Shown here piece after piece: positions 43,501 to 54,321 of a stretch of DNA of 64,000 nucleotides. This DNA is from Enoplolaimus lenunculus (lineage: Eukaryota), in contig JASANG010000932.1 of NCBI GenBank assembly GCA_030248215.1, positions 186,001-250,000 on the forward strand. The letters run 5' to 3'. A program made the translations under genes and the position numbers. A model generated the notes under the pieces. The model did no database searches and had not been told where the DNA came from. It worked only from the letters and a program-made list of their open reading frames with translations. Each line of letters begins with the position of its first letter. The first letter of the stretch is position 1.

Positions 43501-45532
43501 GCCTAAGCCTAAGCCAAGCGAAAAAATTAGTCTCGATTAGGAACAGAACGTTTTTCTGCAGCACGGCAATTGACTAAGCTTTTTTCGCAAAAGCTTAGGC
43601 TTAGGCTTAGGTATAAGCTCATTTTTTACGATTAGGCTTAGACATAGGCTTAGACTTGGGAATGTGGTTATAATACTGTTCCACCCCTGTTCTATGCATT
43701 GGCCCAGGGTTCAAAAAAATTTTTTAACAAATCGTTTTGCTCGAAGGTTTCGAACATGTCTTACCTAAGCCTAAGCTTTAGTCTAAATCGTTTGCCTTTA
43801 GTTTTTAGCTAAGTTTAAGCCTGTACGTAAGCCTTAACCTTGAAAGTGGGAATAACGGGCACACCAACCTATAATTTTCGTGCTAATGACAAAAATTTTC
43901 GGTTCTGACACGGGAACCCGCATGCAAATTATTTTCAACTGAAATTTCAATTCAACCCAGCTATGTTGCCTATTTGTGCCCAAAGTGTGCTGTTTGGCTT
44001 TCCCTGGTTCTCGTACGTTTTGTATTGTGTATCGCATTTTCAAATGTGTATGGCACCAATCGCCAGTTATAGATAAATAGGCACTAAACATAGAATTTTG
44101 AACTGTATTAATATAGGGTGACCATTAATTTATCTAGCTATAAATACATACATACATTAATACATACATACATACATACCTACGTACGTACATACATAAA
44201 TACATATATACATATATATTATATATATGTATGTATATATATATGTCGTAGCCCAACTCGTAATTCAGCCCAATTCTGAATTAAGCTACTCAAAAGCGAA
44301 ATTACGACTTGGGCTAGTCCAAGGCAGAATCACGTCAAATCACACTGTGCGTTTTCTGATTGGTTACTTGATAGTCGTGATCTTGCTTGATTCCCCTTTG
44401 TTTACTAAATCAACCAATCGAATTTGAGTATGGCATTAAGGTAGTGCTGAAAACGGATTTGTACACGTGGATAAGTCTGTTCAAGCGATAGGTGCTATAC
44501 ATTGCTTTGTTCCACTTCCCTTGCACGGCAAAACAACAATGCTCTCGTGCTCGCACTCGCGTCTGTTCGTTCGGCTCGTGCACACACTTGTCGCATTACA
44601 AACAGCGTGCATTGATATCTCGAAAGAACGCAAAGTCGTGCTACAACTATTACATGTACCATTAGCCACAGTTGCAACTTAGGCAGTTCAATGCGTCATT
44701 GCTGTTTTTAGAACAACGAGAACAACTACTGTATAGGTACCGTAATCTCAATGCAAGTTGTTAAAACAAAGTGCAATTTTGTTTCAAAATTGTTTTTCGT
44801 GTAGTAGTTGTTTGAGTTGTTCTGAACAACAATTAACGCTGAAATTAGTACAGTTGCCAACTGTGACAAATAGCTGTTCAGTGTTACGAGGTACTTGTTT
44901 ATTACAAAGCTACCCTCTTCACACCTTAATGCTAAAATTGGTTTCACAAAAAACAATCCAGCTATGCTAATGTTTGTTATTTTGTCTAAATTTAGGATTA
45001 GGCTAAACGAAAGCTTACGCTACATCTGACCGTAAGCTTTAGTCTTAGCTTAAGCCTCAGCATACTTTACCGATTAAATCAATATTTAGGGATAGGCAGT
45101 GCCGGCGGAAACGCTCCTAACCCTCAAACCTATGGATTGAGGACCCTATTGGACCTGTTTTAGGGGGATCGACTATCTGTAAACTCCGGTCCTGCGGGGA
45201 GGGGTGACACTAAACAAGTACCGCATACGATATAAATAATTGAAAAATTACGTCCTAATCCGATTTATAGAATCAATTCGCCGCCGGCGCTGGCTCAATT
45301 CGCAGTGTTAGAGACCAGTTTACCACTGATGGCAATCATCGGTCCCACCGGAACAAACAGCATCGTATGTCTCGAATGTTATTTTTACGCAAAAGTACAC
45401 CCAAAGGTACGCTGTCAACGGGAAACACAACGACAACATCGTCTGTATCCCCCTACGCTGAGCTTTATACCAGTGATCGTAGTCCAACATTTGGCCGAAA
45501 TCCATTTAAATTTTTATCATTGCAACAACCGC

Positions 45533-45585
<53 letters not shown>

Positions 45586-48500
45586 GAATATTTAGAAAAA
45601 CTACAACCGCGCGACTCAAGTTGTGACGACAGACAGAGAGGCGCCGAGGATCAAAACAGAGTCTGTGACCCTACTAAACAGTTCTATGGCTACCGGAACC
45701 GTCATAATAAATATCGAGATTGTTCCTTTTCCCACGGGTATCAATTTGAATCGAGAGACAGCACCGGCGGTGGGAATCGTGTCTCAGGTCCGTTAATAGC
45801 AGACACGCAAACCGGTTTTTGGGATCAAGACCCCGAGCAACGCGTAAGTGAGCGTGGGAAATTTTCGAACCGTGGGAATTTGTTGAGGCGTGGGAATTTT
45901 TTACTGGAATCAGACACAGGCTCGAACGTTGACGACGGTGGCGGAGACGATTTGGCGACGAACGGTAACGAATATAACTATTCGCCAGCACGAAATGTAT
46001 ATGGATCAAGTACTGATGACCAGCCAGACAGTGCGACGCCATATTTGTCAACAAAGTATGCGACACTTAATCAAACACAACAACAACAACAACACAATGA
46101 ACAACAACATCAACAAAAACAACCACAACAACAAAAACAACCACAACAACAAAAACAACCACAACAACAATTTGAAGCATGGGATCAGTCGCGCAAGTCG
46201 TCGCCATGGCAACAGCGACTTAATGTTAGTTTCGATCCAGTGGCAGATCCAAGATGTTTTGGCTGGAGACAGATCCATTTCAATATTTTTACAGAATCCC
46301 AGTATTATGAATACATTCTCCCACGGCTCATTGGATCTGCCCCTGAATGTTTTTTTGTTCTCTTCCCTCAGTCTTTTGTTTGTCTACCCTGCGTTCTTTG
46401 TGTTCTAACTTTGTCTTTATGTTTTATGAATACAAAAGCACGCACCGCAAGCCGGTAGTTAAAGGGGAGCAAACGGTGGCACAACCGTTCCGCCCCCCCC
46501 TTTGTACGAAAGGTTTGGCCTCCTGGAAAAGTTTTAGCTAATTTTGTAAGCTTATTTCAACCGCATACTCATTCAACAATCGCCCCTAGCAGGCTGATCT
46601 GGCTGCGAACCTGACGCAGGGGCGTAGCCAGATAACCTTGCTAGGGGCTTAAAATTTATTAGGAGGGGTATACAAAGGTTTTCTTTGACTTACAAGCCAG
46701 GTTGAAAATTGTTCAGGGGTGCCAAAACTCTTCCATGGGGGTTGAGCCTTCCCCCCGGCGCCCCCTCTGTACACTGCAACAAATGGTGAGTCAAATTGAC
46801 TCTCTCGGAAACAGGCTTTTCCTGACTACACAAACTGAGTCAAATTTCACAACGCCAGAGTCAAATTCGATTCACTTTGTCGCACGTTTGACTCTTACTC
46901 ATTTTGTGTAGTCAAAAAAAGCCTATTTTCAAGAGAGTCAATTTGACTCACAATTTTTACAGTGCATACGGGTCTTACCCGAGACATTGATACAAAACAG
47001 GTTTACTTTGATCATCCCGCATTCATGCGGGATAACAACAAAGGCATGTTTTAGACTCAGGTTTCGGCTTAAAATTTTTTCTAACATATTAGGCTTTCGG
47101 TTCAATATTAAGTAAACACTTGAGATTGTATTCAGATTCAGCTAAGTCTTATTTCATAGCTTAGGCTTAAACTTCGGCTTATAGTTAAGTTTGCGCTTAT
47201 GGCTCGATGTCCTAGTGCTACTTTAAGGGTTAGGCTTTGTGTTGCGGCATACTTTACTGTACCGGGCACCCGTGCGCGCCGCCAAACCCGCACGTCGTCG
47301 CATTTCGCTAATAAAAGTATAGGCAAAATCGATTCGGTGGCATGCATCGGCGAGCGGCGGCGTGTGGCGGCATGCGCCGGACTCCGGCGTCCAGCTGTAA
47401 GCGGCGGTGTCCGGCGTCCCGCGACGGCGGACGGCCGTGATCGGCGGTGTCAGACGGCTCGCGGCGGCGTCCGACGGCATGCGGCAAGCATTGCACCACC
47501 CTTTTCTGAGCTGTATAAATTAAAGTTTAGGTTTATTACTTGCTTGCAGTTTCGGCTGATGCATGAACGGTGTTTAACCAGTTGGCTTTCGTTGACAGAA
47601 CCTACCGTTTTAATCTTTGCTTGCACTGAAGAATTTAAGTTGTATCATGGCTTGTTCAGAGGCGGATCGAAAAATTTCTGACGGTGGGGGGGGGGTGCGG
47701 GCTGGCAAGTGTTACGAAATGCAAAAATTGTAAGGTAGGGAACTTATCTTTTTATCACCAAAAAATTGTGCGAGAAAAACTGTTTTTTACAAAGACTTTT
47801 CTGAGGGGCTAATTTGTAAGGTAGGGGGACCTTACCATGTTAACGCAATAGATTTCTGATGGGGTGGTGTACGCCCCCAGTGGGCTTGTTGTGTCCCAAA
47901 TTAAAGCTCGTTTGAATCGATGATATTACTGAAAAAATTCTTACTGAGTATTTATAACCCTTTCACTCATCGAGTATACTATGAGCAACTAAATACAATA
48001 ATGTACAAGCAATACACACACTGTGAGCAGTGTTTAACATTTATAACATATATGCGCACTGTAAAATCTTCACAAGACGTGAGTGCCTACTCGGGCTCGA
48101 GCGTCAAGCTCCTATAGCTCAGTGGACATCGTAAACGCCTCCCACCCGTGAGACTGGGGATCGAATCTCACCTTGAAAATACATCTCATGTAAAATTGCA
48201 AATATTCATTTAAGAAATGGTTAAAATAAAGGATTCATTTAAAGAAACCCCAATTTTTAACACATAGTCTCAAAAATGTCTTAAATTTGATGCCTGCCAA
48301 ATATGCTTAAATCCCCGTGCGAGTCTCCTCAATAGCTCATGTTAGTTATATATCGACCGACCCTTTGCGAGACAGGTAGACTGACGGACTCAGGGAAGTG
48401 GGACGTTTAGGTTTAGGCTCAGACTTAAAATTATTATGCCTAGGATTAGGTTTCGGCTCCAGCTTAGGCGTGTGTTTCCTCAGTGAACTGGCTTTGTTGG

Positions 48501-49292
48501 TATTCAGTTTTAAAGATTTGAAAACTAATTTTTGTTTTTTTTTACCATGGAATCGTTTTTATCACAAAATGTGAGTTCACTTTTTAAATTTGCAATGTTA
48601 GGGTGGCGCTATACTTTTGACTGACGTCCGGCGCCGTCCGTCATTGTCCAGCGCCGTACGTCATCGTCCAGCGCCGTACGTCATCGTCCAGCGCCGTACG
48701 TCATCGTCCAGCGCCGTACGTCATCGTCCAGCGCCGTACGTCATCGTCCAGCGCCGTACGTCATCGTCCAGCGCCGTACGTCATCGTCCAGCGCCGTACG
48801 TCATCGTCCAGCGCCGTACGTCATCGTGCGCGGTATCACATGTGAATTACTCACGTACGATACAAGTATGGTTGCGGACGGTGCCGTACGACAAGTAAAA
48901 GCGCCACTCTAAATTTAATTTGATTTTTGTTTCAGAACGGGACTTTGATTCAGTCTGCCGACTGCGGTGGCGGCGTCGGCGGTCTGCCACACGGACTGGA
49001 CCGCATCAGCAGCTACGCGAGTGGTCAAGGCGTACGAAGTAGCGCCGTCGCGCGACCAAGTATCCCATTACCAGGTAGCGGAAGTGGAACCGGAACAGGA
49101 ACTGCCGGAGGGGGCGCAAAATCGTGTGCTTATTGCGCTCAATATGGCGAAAATTTAGCACGAAAAATTGACGTATTTGCACGAGTTTTGTTTCCGTTAG
49201 TTTTCGCTATTTTCGCAACCGGATACTGGGGATATTTTTGGCCAAAGTACGAACAGGGACCACCGGTTCCGTTAATGGAAGATCAAGAATAA
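7860..49292 (+). CDS. Cys-loop ligand-gated chloride channel subunit (GlyR/GluCl-like; possibly nematode LGC-34/41 or GGR-1/LGC-57 type). Whole gene: join(7860..8077,34868..34950,35495..35562,36213..36433,37585..37667,38638..38799,41160..41374,42692..42850,45271..46224,48936..49292), 2520 nt, ~839 aa
   Basis: GT-AG boundaries with compatible phases throughout. Motifs: WQPDLYFVN, Cys loop CMMDLKLYPFDEHTC, QTYIPT/SWLSFW (M1), PARISLTITTLLTL (M2), [24 protein letters not shown]..YW (M4). Subfamily assignment is from memory and uncertain. Confidence 0.9.
9981..10362. mobile_element. TA-TSD MITE (Tc1/mariner-like, CTGTAGTGAC ends)
   Basis: TA|CTGTAGTGAC...GTCACTACAG|TA; relatives at ~15705-16129 and 53907-54465. 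Confidence 0.75.
10631..10991. mobile_element. hAT-like MITE
   Basis: CAGGGTGCAACCGG TIR; TSD CCTATTAG/CCTTTTAG. Confidence 0.8.
13401..13673. mobile_element. PIF/Harbinger-like MITE
   Basis: Close homolog of 7406-7680. Confidence 0.8.
14578..14759. mobile_element. PIF/Harbinger-like MITE, internally deleted
   Basis: TAA TSD; TIRs. Confidence 0.75.
16770..17146. mobile_element. TTAGGC-carrying MITE with expanded internal array
   Basis: Same TIRs; repeated (ttaggc)n-aatattctcattcttacgc units. Confidence 0.85.
20009..20230. mobile_element. Palindromic CACTG...CAGTG MITE (EnSpm/CACTA-like)
   Basis: Nearly whole-length inverted repeat; TA flanks. Confidence 0.75.
20558..20615. repeat. (TA)n microsatellite (another at 34496-34545)
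   Basis: Direct reading. Confidence 0.95.
20950..21381. mobile_element. TTAGGC MITE end amplified as a ~100-bp tandem repeat (about 4 copies)
   Basis: ccggtttttgttggaattaggcttaggtataggc repeated at ~100-bp period; ends tatgttggcc. Confidence 0.8.
21762..22125. mobile_element. hAT-like MITE
   Basis: TSD CTAGCAAA/CAAGCAAA; relatives at ~22807-23172 and ~60875-61172. Confidence 0.8.
22290..22560 (-). pseudogene. Degraded paralog of 56844-57095
   Basis: NYKRSFFDVGYIKCNGSKQLYPV*, frameshift, then RNPCREHCFLRRMYPVTYSC*. Confidence 0.5.
25173..25525. mobile_element. TTAGGC MITE subfamily B
   Basis: ggccaatgttacatttaggggcgtaacagtag end; related copies at ~6440-6583 and ~38327-38550. Confidence 0.75.
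29033..30680. repeat. ~38-bp satellite, roughly 43 units
   Basis: Unit ttggctgcaaatagaattcgttttttgttgcaatatca with variable T-run. Confidence 0.97.
31311..32010. mobile_element. TIR element; ~430 bp of its interior is duplicated at 18260-18690
   Basis: atgcggggtttacgttataaccg / cggttataacgcaaatcccgcat inverted ends. Confidence 0.65.
34868..34950 (+). CDS. LGIC exon 2
   Basis: gtttcag| TVSPEPLVKILNDSHLYNKNVAPGQLK |gtaagt; resembles the N-terminal helix / YD..RP region. Confidence 0.85.
35495..35562 (+). CDS. LGIC exon 3
   Basis: tttcag| SQTVVHVAFYIESLSSFKAQTM |gtacgt; 68 nt. Confidence 0.92.
36213..36433 (+). CDS. LGIC exon 4 (loops D, A, E)
   Basis: ttttcag| DFEVDMYLAMSWFDERL...WQPDLYFVNSK...SM |gtcagt; 221 nt. 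Confidence 0.95.
36549..36738. mobile_element. TTAGGC-carrying MITE (LGIC intron 4)
   Basis: TIRs and internal TTAGGC. Confidence 0.8.
37405..37485 (+). other. Degenerate tRNA-derived (SINE head or pseudo-tRNA) sequence; relative on the - strand at ~21650-21710
   Basis: A-box tggcgcagttg and B-box agttcgatctc; no convincing cloverleaf. Confidence 0.45.
37585..37667 (+). CDS. LGIC exon 5 (Cys loop)
   Basis: tttcag| VDVTVSCMMDLKLYPFDEHTCRIVIQS |gtaagc; 83 nt; absent from the ORF track. Confidence 0.95.
38638..38799 (+). CDS. LGIC exon 6 (loops B, F, C)
   Basis: ttttcag| YAYVNQVVQLQWF...NPAYYHNKTNRYPMFRGY |gtaagt. Confidence 0.92.
38747..40326 (+). repeat. 83-bp tandem array, 19 units, derived from the exon 6 3' end plus splice donor
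   Basis: Unit tccggcatattatcataataaaacaaaccggtacccaatgttccgaggatatg|gtaagttgttgattttcactactttcctgg; bounded by TCCG microhomology. Confidence 0.98.
40420..40583. repeat. (TTA)n/(AAT)n microsatellite
   Basis: Direct reading. Confidence 0.95.
40584..40845 (-). mobile_element. piggyBac-type MITE
   Basis: Homologous to 2045-2307; ends GAGAAGGG|TTAA. Confidence 0.8.
41160..41374 (+). CDS. LGIC exon 7 (M1, M2)
   Basis: ttttatag| GHWSCIIGYIRMQR..QTYIPT..SWLSFW..PARISLTITTLLTL..LPQ |gtaaga. Confidence 0.96.
41560..41815. mobile_element. Second CACTG MITE family (relative at ~72-319)
   Basis: TA|CACTGTGAATT ... AAATTTACAGTG|TA. Confidence 0.7.
42433..42641. mobile_element. Palindromic CACTG MITE upstream of LGIC exon 8
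   Basis: TA|CACTG...CAGTG|TA. Confidence 0.8.
42692..42850 (+). CDS. LGIC exon 8 (M3)
   Basis: ttttcag| [30 protein letters not shown]...LQP |gtaatt; phase 0-0. Confidence 0.93.
42967..43176. mobile_element. Palindromic CACTG MITE downstream of LGIC exon 8
   Basis: TA|CACTG...CAGTG|TA. Confidence 0.8.
45271..46224 (+). CDS. LGIC exon 9 (large polyQ-rich M3-M4 intracellular loop); alternative donor possible at 45843
   Basis: tttatag|AAT in phase 0 opens the long ORF; AAT|GTTAGT donor is phase 0 and matches the last exon. Confidence 0.7.
46772..46964. mobile_element. Palindromic CACTG MITE
   Basis: Homologous to 42967-43176. Confidence 0.75.
47958..48220 (+). mobile_element. piggyBac-type MITE
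   Basis: ATAA|CCCTTTCAC ... GAAATGG|TTAA. Confidence 0.75.
48599..48911. mobile_element. TAGGGTGGCGCTATAC-ended TIR element containing a 20-bp GC-rich tandem repeat (~9 copies)
   Basis: tagggtggcgctatacttttg ... caagtaaaagcgccactcta; internal (gtcatcgtccagcgccgtac)n; relatives near 7270-7403 and 57130-57297. Confidence 0.75.
48936..49292 (+). CDS. LGIC exon 10 (M4, stop)
   Basis: tttcag| NGTL...[27 protein letters not shown]...EDQE*. Confidence 0.93.
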   Translation, partial: [118 protein letters not shown]

Positions 49293-50579
49293 CGTATTGA
49301 GCTTGAAAGCGGTTCCTTGCTTGCATGGGGGTGTTCATATCAAAAGGGTGTGTAATTTTGTGTCAATTTAAACTACGGAGGGTCGTCAGAGTGGGGACAT
49401 ATGAAAAAAATGGATCACTTGGCTAAACATCGAATCTGGCCAGAGTTGAACATGGGAACGTCATTGAAACTTGAAGTGGCAGCCGACCGTCTGAGGGGGT
49501 GTTCATATCAAGAATGGTGAAAATGATAAGATGAAGCATTCGGATTGGAGTGTTTATATCAAAAACGGGGTTGTGTACTGATTTTTAAACGGGGGGCACA
49601 TGCGAGTCAACAAAAACAAATCACCAGTGGGGTGACTTGAATCTTGGAAGTTGATCAGTGTTAAGGCTCGGGGTGTGAAAAACATTTCGACCCAGAGTTG
49701 AGGTGGCTGCGCCTCGAGTTGAGGGGTTGCGCCCCACAGTTGACGGTTAGCGCCCCAGAGTTGACGGGTTGCTCCCCAGAGTGGACGAGTTGCGCCCCCG
49801 AGTTGAAGGGATGGTTATATTTAAAGGCGACATAAGATTTGGGGACACATCAACAAGGCGCACTGACCGATGATGGCATTCAAAATGGTTCACTGACACG
49901 GGACTGTTCATATGGATATGGCACCAAAAAACGGATGACGTTATTTGAAAAAAGGGATGTGTTTGGTTACTCGTATCTGGCGTTCATACTCAGAGCTGAA
50001 ATCAACCGAGCTGATACTGAGTTGAGAGCGTTTATCAGCACGGAAGCAGGTTCGTATCAACTGGATGGCTGGAGCGATTCGTACAGATTTAAGCACAAAT
50101 CCGGATTTGGGGGCCGGAAGCGGACACAACATGTGGTTTACTCAAAATCTAAATACACAAAATACTGTCACTAGTGTACAAGTTATACCTGGTAATACTC
50201 AGGCCCGTAGCCAGCTCACCTTGCTAGGGGGGCTAAAATTTTCAGGAGGGGCATTCAAGTATTTTTAATGAGTTACAAACAAGGTTGAAAATTGTCTAGA
50301 GAGGGCCAATATTTCTCGAGGAGAGCCTCCGGCCACCACTTGGCTACGGACCCGTTGGTACTAAACAATAAAATATTTATCTGGTTTTCTCATTGGTGCC
50401 TGTAGCTTTGGAACCAGAAAAAAGTCCAATTTCAAGGCAGTTAACCAGTAGTGCCAGTTTCAGAGTAACCTAAGATGAAATGTTCCAGACTGAAAAATTT
50501 AGCGTCAAATATTGACCCGCAGTCCCAACTTTATATCCTTGGAGGTATCAAGCTATTGCAGAAGAGGCATGCAAGGGTT

Positions 50580-50782
50580 GGCCAATGTAAAAAACAGGGG
50601 CGTATTTATAAGCATATTCCTAAGCTTAAGCCTAAGCTTAAGCCTAAGCCTAAAGCCTAAGCGTACGAATGACCATATTCCTAAGCCTAAGCCTAAGCCA
50701 AGCAAAAAAGTTAATCTAATGCTTAAGCTTACTGTTTTCTAGACCCACAGAAAAACGTTCCGCCCCTGATCTTTACATGGGC
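50580..50782. mobile_element. TTAGGC-carrying MITE
   Basis: TSD CAAGGGTT/CAAGGGAT. Confidence 0.85.
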
Positions 50783-51057
50783 CCAAGGGATTTACATGCC
50801 TTTACGTTCTGGCTGCGCGGAATGAAAACATTCGTAAGACGTGACACCCTGTGCTGTACAACCCTGAGTCTCAATTTTTGATGCTTTCAGGCCGTTCATC
50901 TGGTTGTAGTATTAAAATACAACTGAGGTTCAAAATCTGTTATTTATTTGAAAAATATGAAATATTCAAAATCTTTTGTCCAAATTTTTTAGGTTTATGT
51001 ACGGTTCTGCCGGAGTTGGTTAGTTTGAAAACCTTATCGCTAATACGCATTTGAGAA

Positions 51058-51432
51058 TATTGACTATATTTAGGAATTTTATTGACATTTTACCAGCGGA
51101 GGTACGGAATATGCACCCCGTGGAAATGTAATGAAAAATAGTTTAGTTTATAGATTTCGACGCTCTGAGTTCAACGGTGTGATTTTTAAGACGGTAGCTT
51201 TTCTGGTTACAAAGTTATGATCATTTAAATTTCACCTTTTTACAATTGACTATATTTAGGAATTTTATTGATATTTTACCGGCGGAGGTACGGAATATGA
51301 ACCCCGTGGAAATGTTATGAAAAATAGTTTAGTTTATAGATTTCGACGCTCTGAGTTCAACGGTGTGATTTTTAAGACTGTAGGTTTTCTGGTTAAAAAG
51401 TTATGACCATTTAAATTTCAACTTTTTACAAT
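51058..51432. repeat. 186-bp tandem duplication
   Basis: ttgactatatttaggaattttattga at 51060 and 51246. Confidence 0.9.
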
Positions 51433-52536
51433 ATAAACTAGGTACAACCGCCTGTAAAATTTGTACACGGATGAAGCTTATATTTTACGAACATGTGAAC
51501 GATACTGATTAAATATGTGCGTATTTACACTGTAATTTTAATGGTCATAACTTTTGAACCGTTGGTAAAGCAGCCATATAAGTGGTACATTCAACTGAAC
51601 CCAGCTCGTTAAGATAGGCCACTTTTTATTAAAGGGGCCCAGATATTGTACCTCCCTCCGCCCATTTATACTGTCCAACGACAATACACAAACCTGTTGA
51701 ACTGAATTTAGTAATTAAAATAGTTCGAGAAATTCTCTTCCGAATCACCCAGCGCAGGCGTACCAAACTTCTGCCCATGTATAGAACAGGGCCGGGTCGT
51801 TTTCTGAAAGGGCTGTAAACAGAGTCAGTTTAAGCTTTAGACTAATGTTTTTGCTTAGGCTTAGGCTTAGACTTTGGCTTAGGAATTCGTAAACTGCGTC
51901 GACCGGTATTTACAAATCGCTGAACCGGTCGTCGATAATAAGTTTCTAGAAACCTGTCCTCATGGCTTCCAAAATCGGTTTTAGTTTCAAATTTGGGCGT
52001 GGAAATGACAAGATTAAATTTGCCAATAATTTTTGAGACTCATGTATAGAACAGGGCTGGATCGTTTTCCGGCGCCGCTGTAACAGAGTCAGTTTAAGCT
52101 TTAGACTAAATTTTTTGCACAATAAGGCTTAGGCTTACAAACAATGCTACTCTGTTGGATAGAAAAACAAGTGTGTTTAGACTGTGAAATGAGTGCACTG
52201 CTGTAGTTTAGGTTGTCCCAGCCGTGCGCAACGAACCTTCGACAAATTGGCCCCATTCCAGGGGCACATATGCCACAGTACAATACCGATTGGTGTATAA
52301 TTAATGAGCTAATCAAGCGTGTAGCCAAATAAGCCCGAATATTATGCGAAAGTTAACCAGGATTGGGATAAAGGAATAAAATTGCTAAATTTTTTAAGTC
52401 GTGTGTCGAATTTGGTTTGCTGGGACCACGAGTCCCCACGATAACGAGTAAAAGATGGTAGCCGAGCACGTCGTACTCATGAGCGCGAGTCAGGTGCTTT
52501 ACCAGAGTTTCATTTCAAAAAGGATACAAACATTAG

Positions 52537-53230
52537 CCCTTCTCATATAGAGTTGACACTCAGCATCTCAGCGCAACGGGTACGGGCCCGTAGCCAATGG
52601 TGGATAAGCGGAGCTCAGCGCCCCTGGAAAAATTTTGGCCCCCCTATAAAGTTTCAACCTTGCTTGTAAGTCAACGAAAATTTTTGTGTGACCCTGCTGA
52701 AAACTTTCAGACCTCCTATAACAAGATGAGCTGTTAACGTGCTTGAATGTGTATAAGTAAAATATTGTACAAATCCACTGTGTATAACTATTACTACACG
52801 GGCCAATGTATAGAACAGGGCCGGAACAGTAGTGTAAGCAAATTCCGAACCCTTGCCTAAGCCTAAGCCTAAGCCTAAGCGTAAACGTAACAATGAGCTT
52901 ATGCCTAGCCTAAGCCTAAACGTAACAATGACCTCATGTCTAAGCCTAAGACTAAGCCTAAGCCTAAGCCTAAGCAAAAGAATTAGTCTAAAGATTAAGC
53001 TTACTCTATTACAGTGCCGCCGGAAAACGTTCTGGCTCTGTTCTATACATGGACCACTACGCGGATACGCAGTATAAAATTTCTTCATGACGTGAGCCCT
53101 TCAAGCTAGAGCGTCAAGCTTCTACAGCTTAGTGGTATGATAAACGCCTCCCACTCCAGCCTCCGGAATTTAAAAATCTAGCTTCAAAGTATGTCCGAGA
53201 TAAAGTAGAAAATATTTATGTCAGAAAGGG
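52537..53230 (+). mobile_element. piggyBac-type MITE interrupted by two other MITEs
   Basis: Collinear pieces flank a hAT-like insertion (~52580-52735) and a TTAGGC MITE. Confidence 0.7.
52801..53055. mobile_element. TTAGGC-carrying MITE nested in a piggyBac-type MITE
   Basis: TSD ACTACACG/ACTACGCG. Confidence 0.85.
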
Positions 53231-54158
53231 TGTATTAAATATCAACTTTCCGTAAACGACCCAGCGTAGCAATTGAAAATTGAATTAGAAATGTATGTTC
53301 AAAATTTAAGTATTCTTTAAAGCTTCAAACTCAACTTAATTTGCTCCTGGAGTCATTTACGCGCAACAATTAGGGATAATCGACATTAATGGAGTCTAAT
53401 TAAGGTTTAGGGACTATATCCGCTTACGGACTCTTATTACGGATACGGACTCCTACTGGCTGGGACTCAAAATAGGGACCCTCCAATTATTCCCCTCTTA
53501 CTCGAGTCTCTACAGTACAACCTGTAAAAAGTATCTTTTTCGAGTTTTTCTACAATTTTCACGTGGGGGGGGTGCTATATATCCACTCTTTGTATTCGCT
53601 CCAGATATGTATAGAAAATTGCATTGCACTGTCTTTTTTGATGTTATATACATGTTTGGCAGAAATAACGCATATTTAACATGCAGTACTGTTAAAAGTG
53701 TTGTGTTTTTGTTTTGTGCATGCAACATTTTGCAATCTGCAATTCTACACTACGCTGACGTGGCTAAAAATACAGCAACTGTTTGCTGCAGTTTTTTTTT
53801 GCAACTGCAATTTATGGATACAATTGGTTCAAGATTGAATTTGTGGGACGGAGATAGTGACAGGGCATCTCAGGTCAATGTATAGACCAGGGCTGTAGCA
53901 GTAGTACTGTAGTGACCCGAGTAAGAGGGGGGACTGATATTTGTTTGGCCTCTCCAGAGGGCACTCCCCTTGTTATGCGGTGACGGACTGTTATTTATTC
54001 TAAGCCCGCTCTCAGCCGTCTTTATTGACTGTTATATAGACGGTATTGCAACTCCGTTGAGTTAAACGTTGATTTGACTTGCGTCAAAAGCTTGAGCGAT
54101 AATGTAAGGTTATACTTTAGGAATGTACTTTAACAATTTAAGTATGCTTTAAAGTTTT

Positions 54159-54321
54159 GGCCTATGTATAGAACGGACCGGAAAGCTTTAAACTAACTTT
54201 TTTGGTTAGGCTTAGACTTAGGATTAGGAATAGGTTCATTTTTATTCTTACGCTTAGGCTTAGGCTTAGGCTTAGGAATATGCTTATACCACAGTTCCGG
54301 CCCTATTATATTACATAGGCC
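54159..54321. mobile_element. TTAGGC-carrying MITE nested in a TA-TSD MITE
   Basis: TSD AAAGTTTT/AAAGTTTC; the empty site is visible in other copies of the host element. Confidence 0.85.

Noticed and set aside
45306..45366. Acceptor at 45305 or ATG 45367 as a standalone gene start
   Set aside because: This acceptor gives an immediate stop in phase 0, whereas the acceptor at 45270 fits the upstream exon.
46225..46458. Hydrophobic ORF tail as an alternative M4
   Set aside because: It looks like T-rich intron read-through, and the canonical M4 is in exon 10. It cannot be formally excluded without RNA data.
47199..47681. 160-aa Arg/Ala-rich ORF
   Set aside because: It overlaps a GC-rich repeat element and has no recognisable motif.
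49839..50174. 111-aa ORF downstream of the LGIC
   Set aside because: Non-ATG start and no recognisable domain or splice support.
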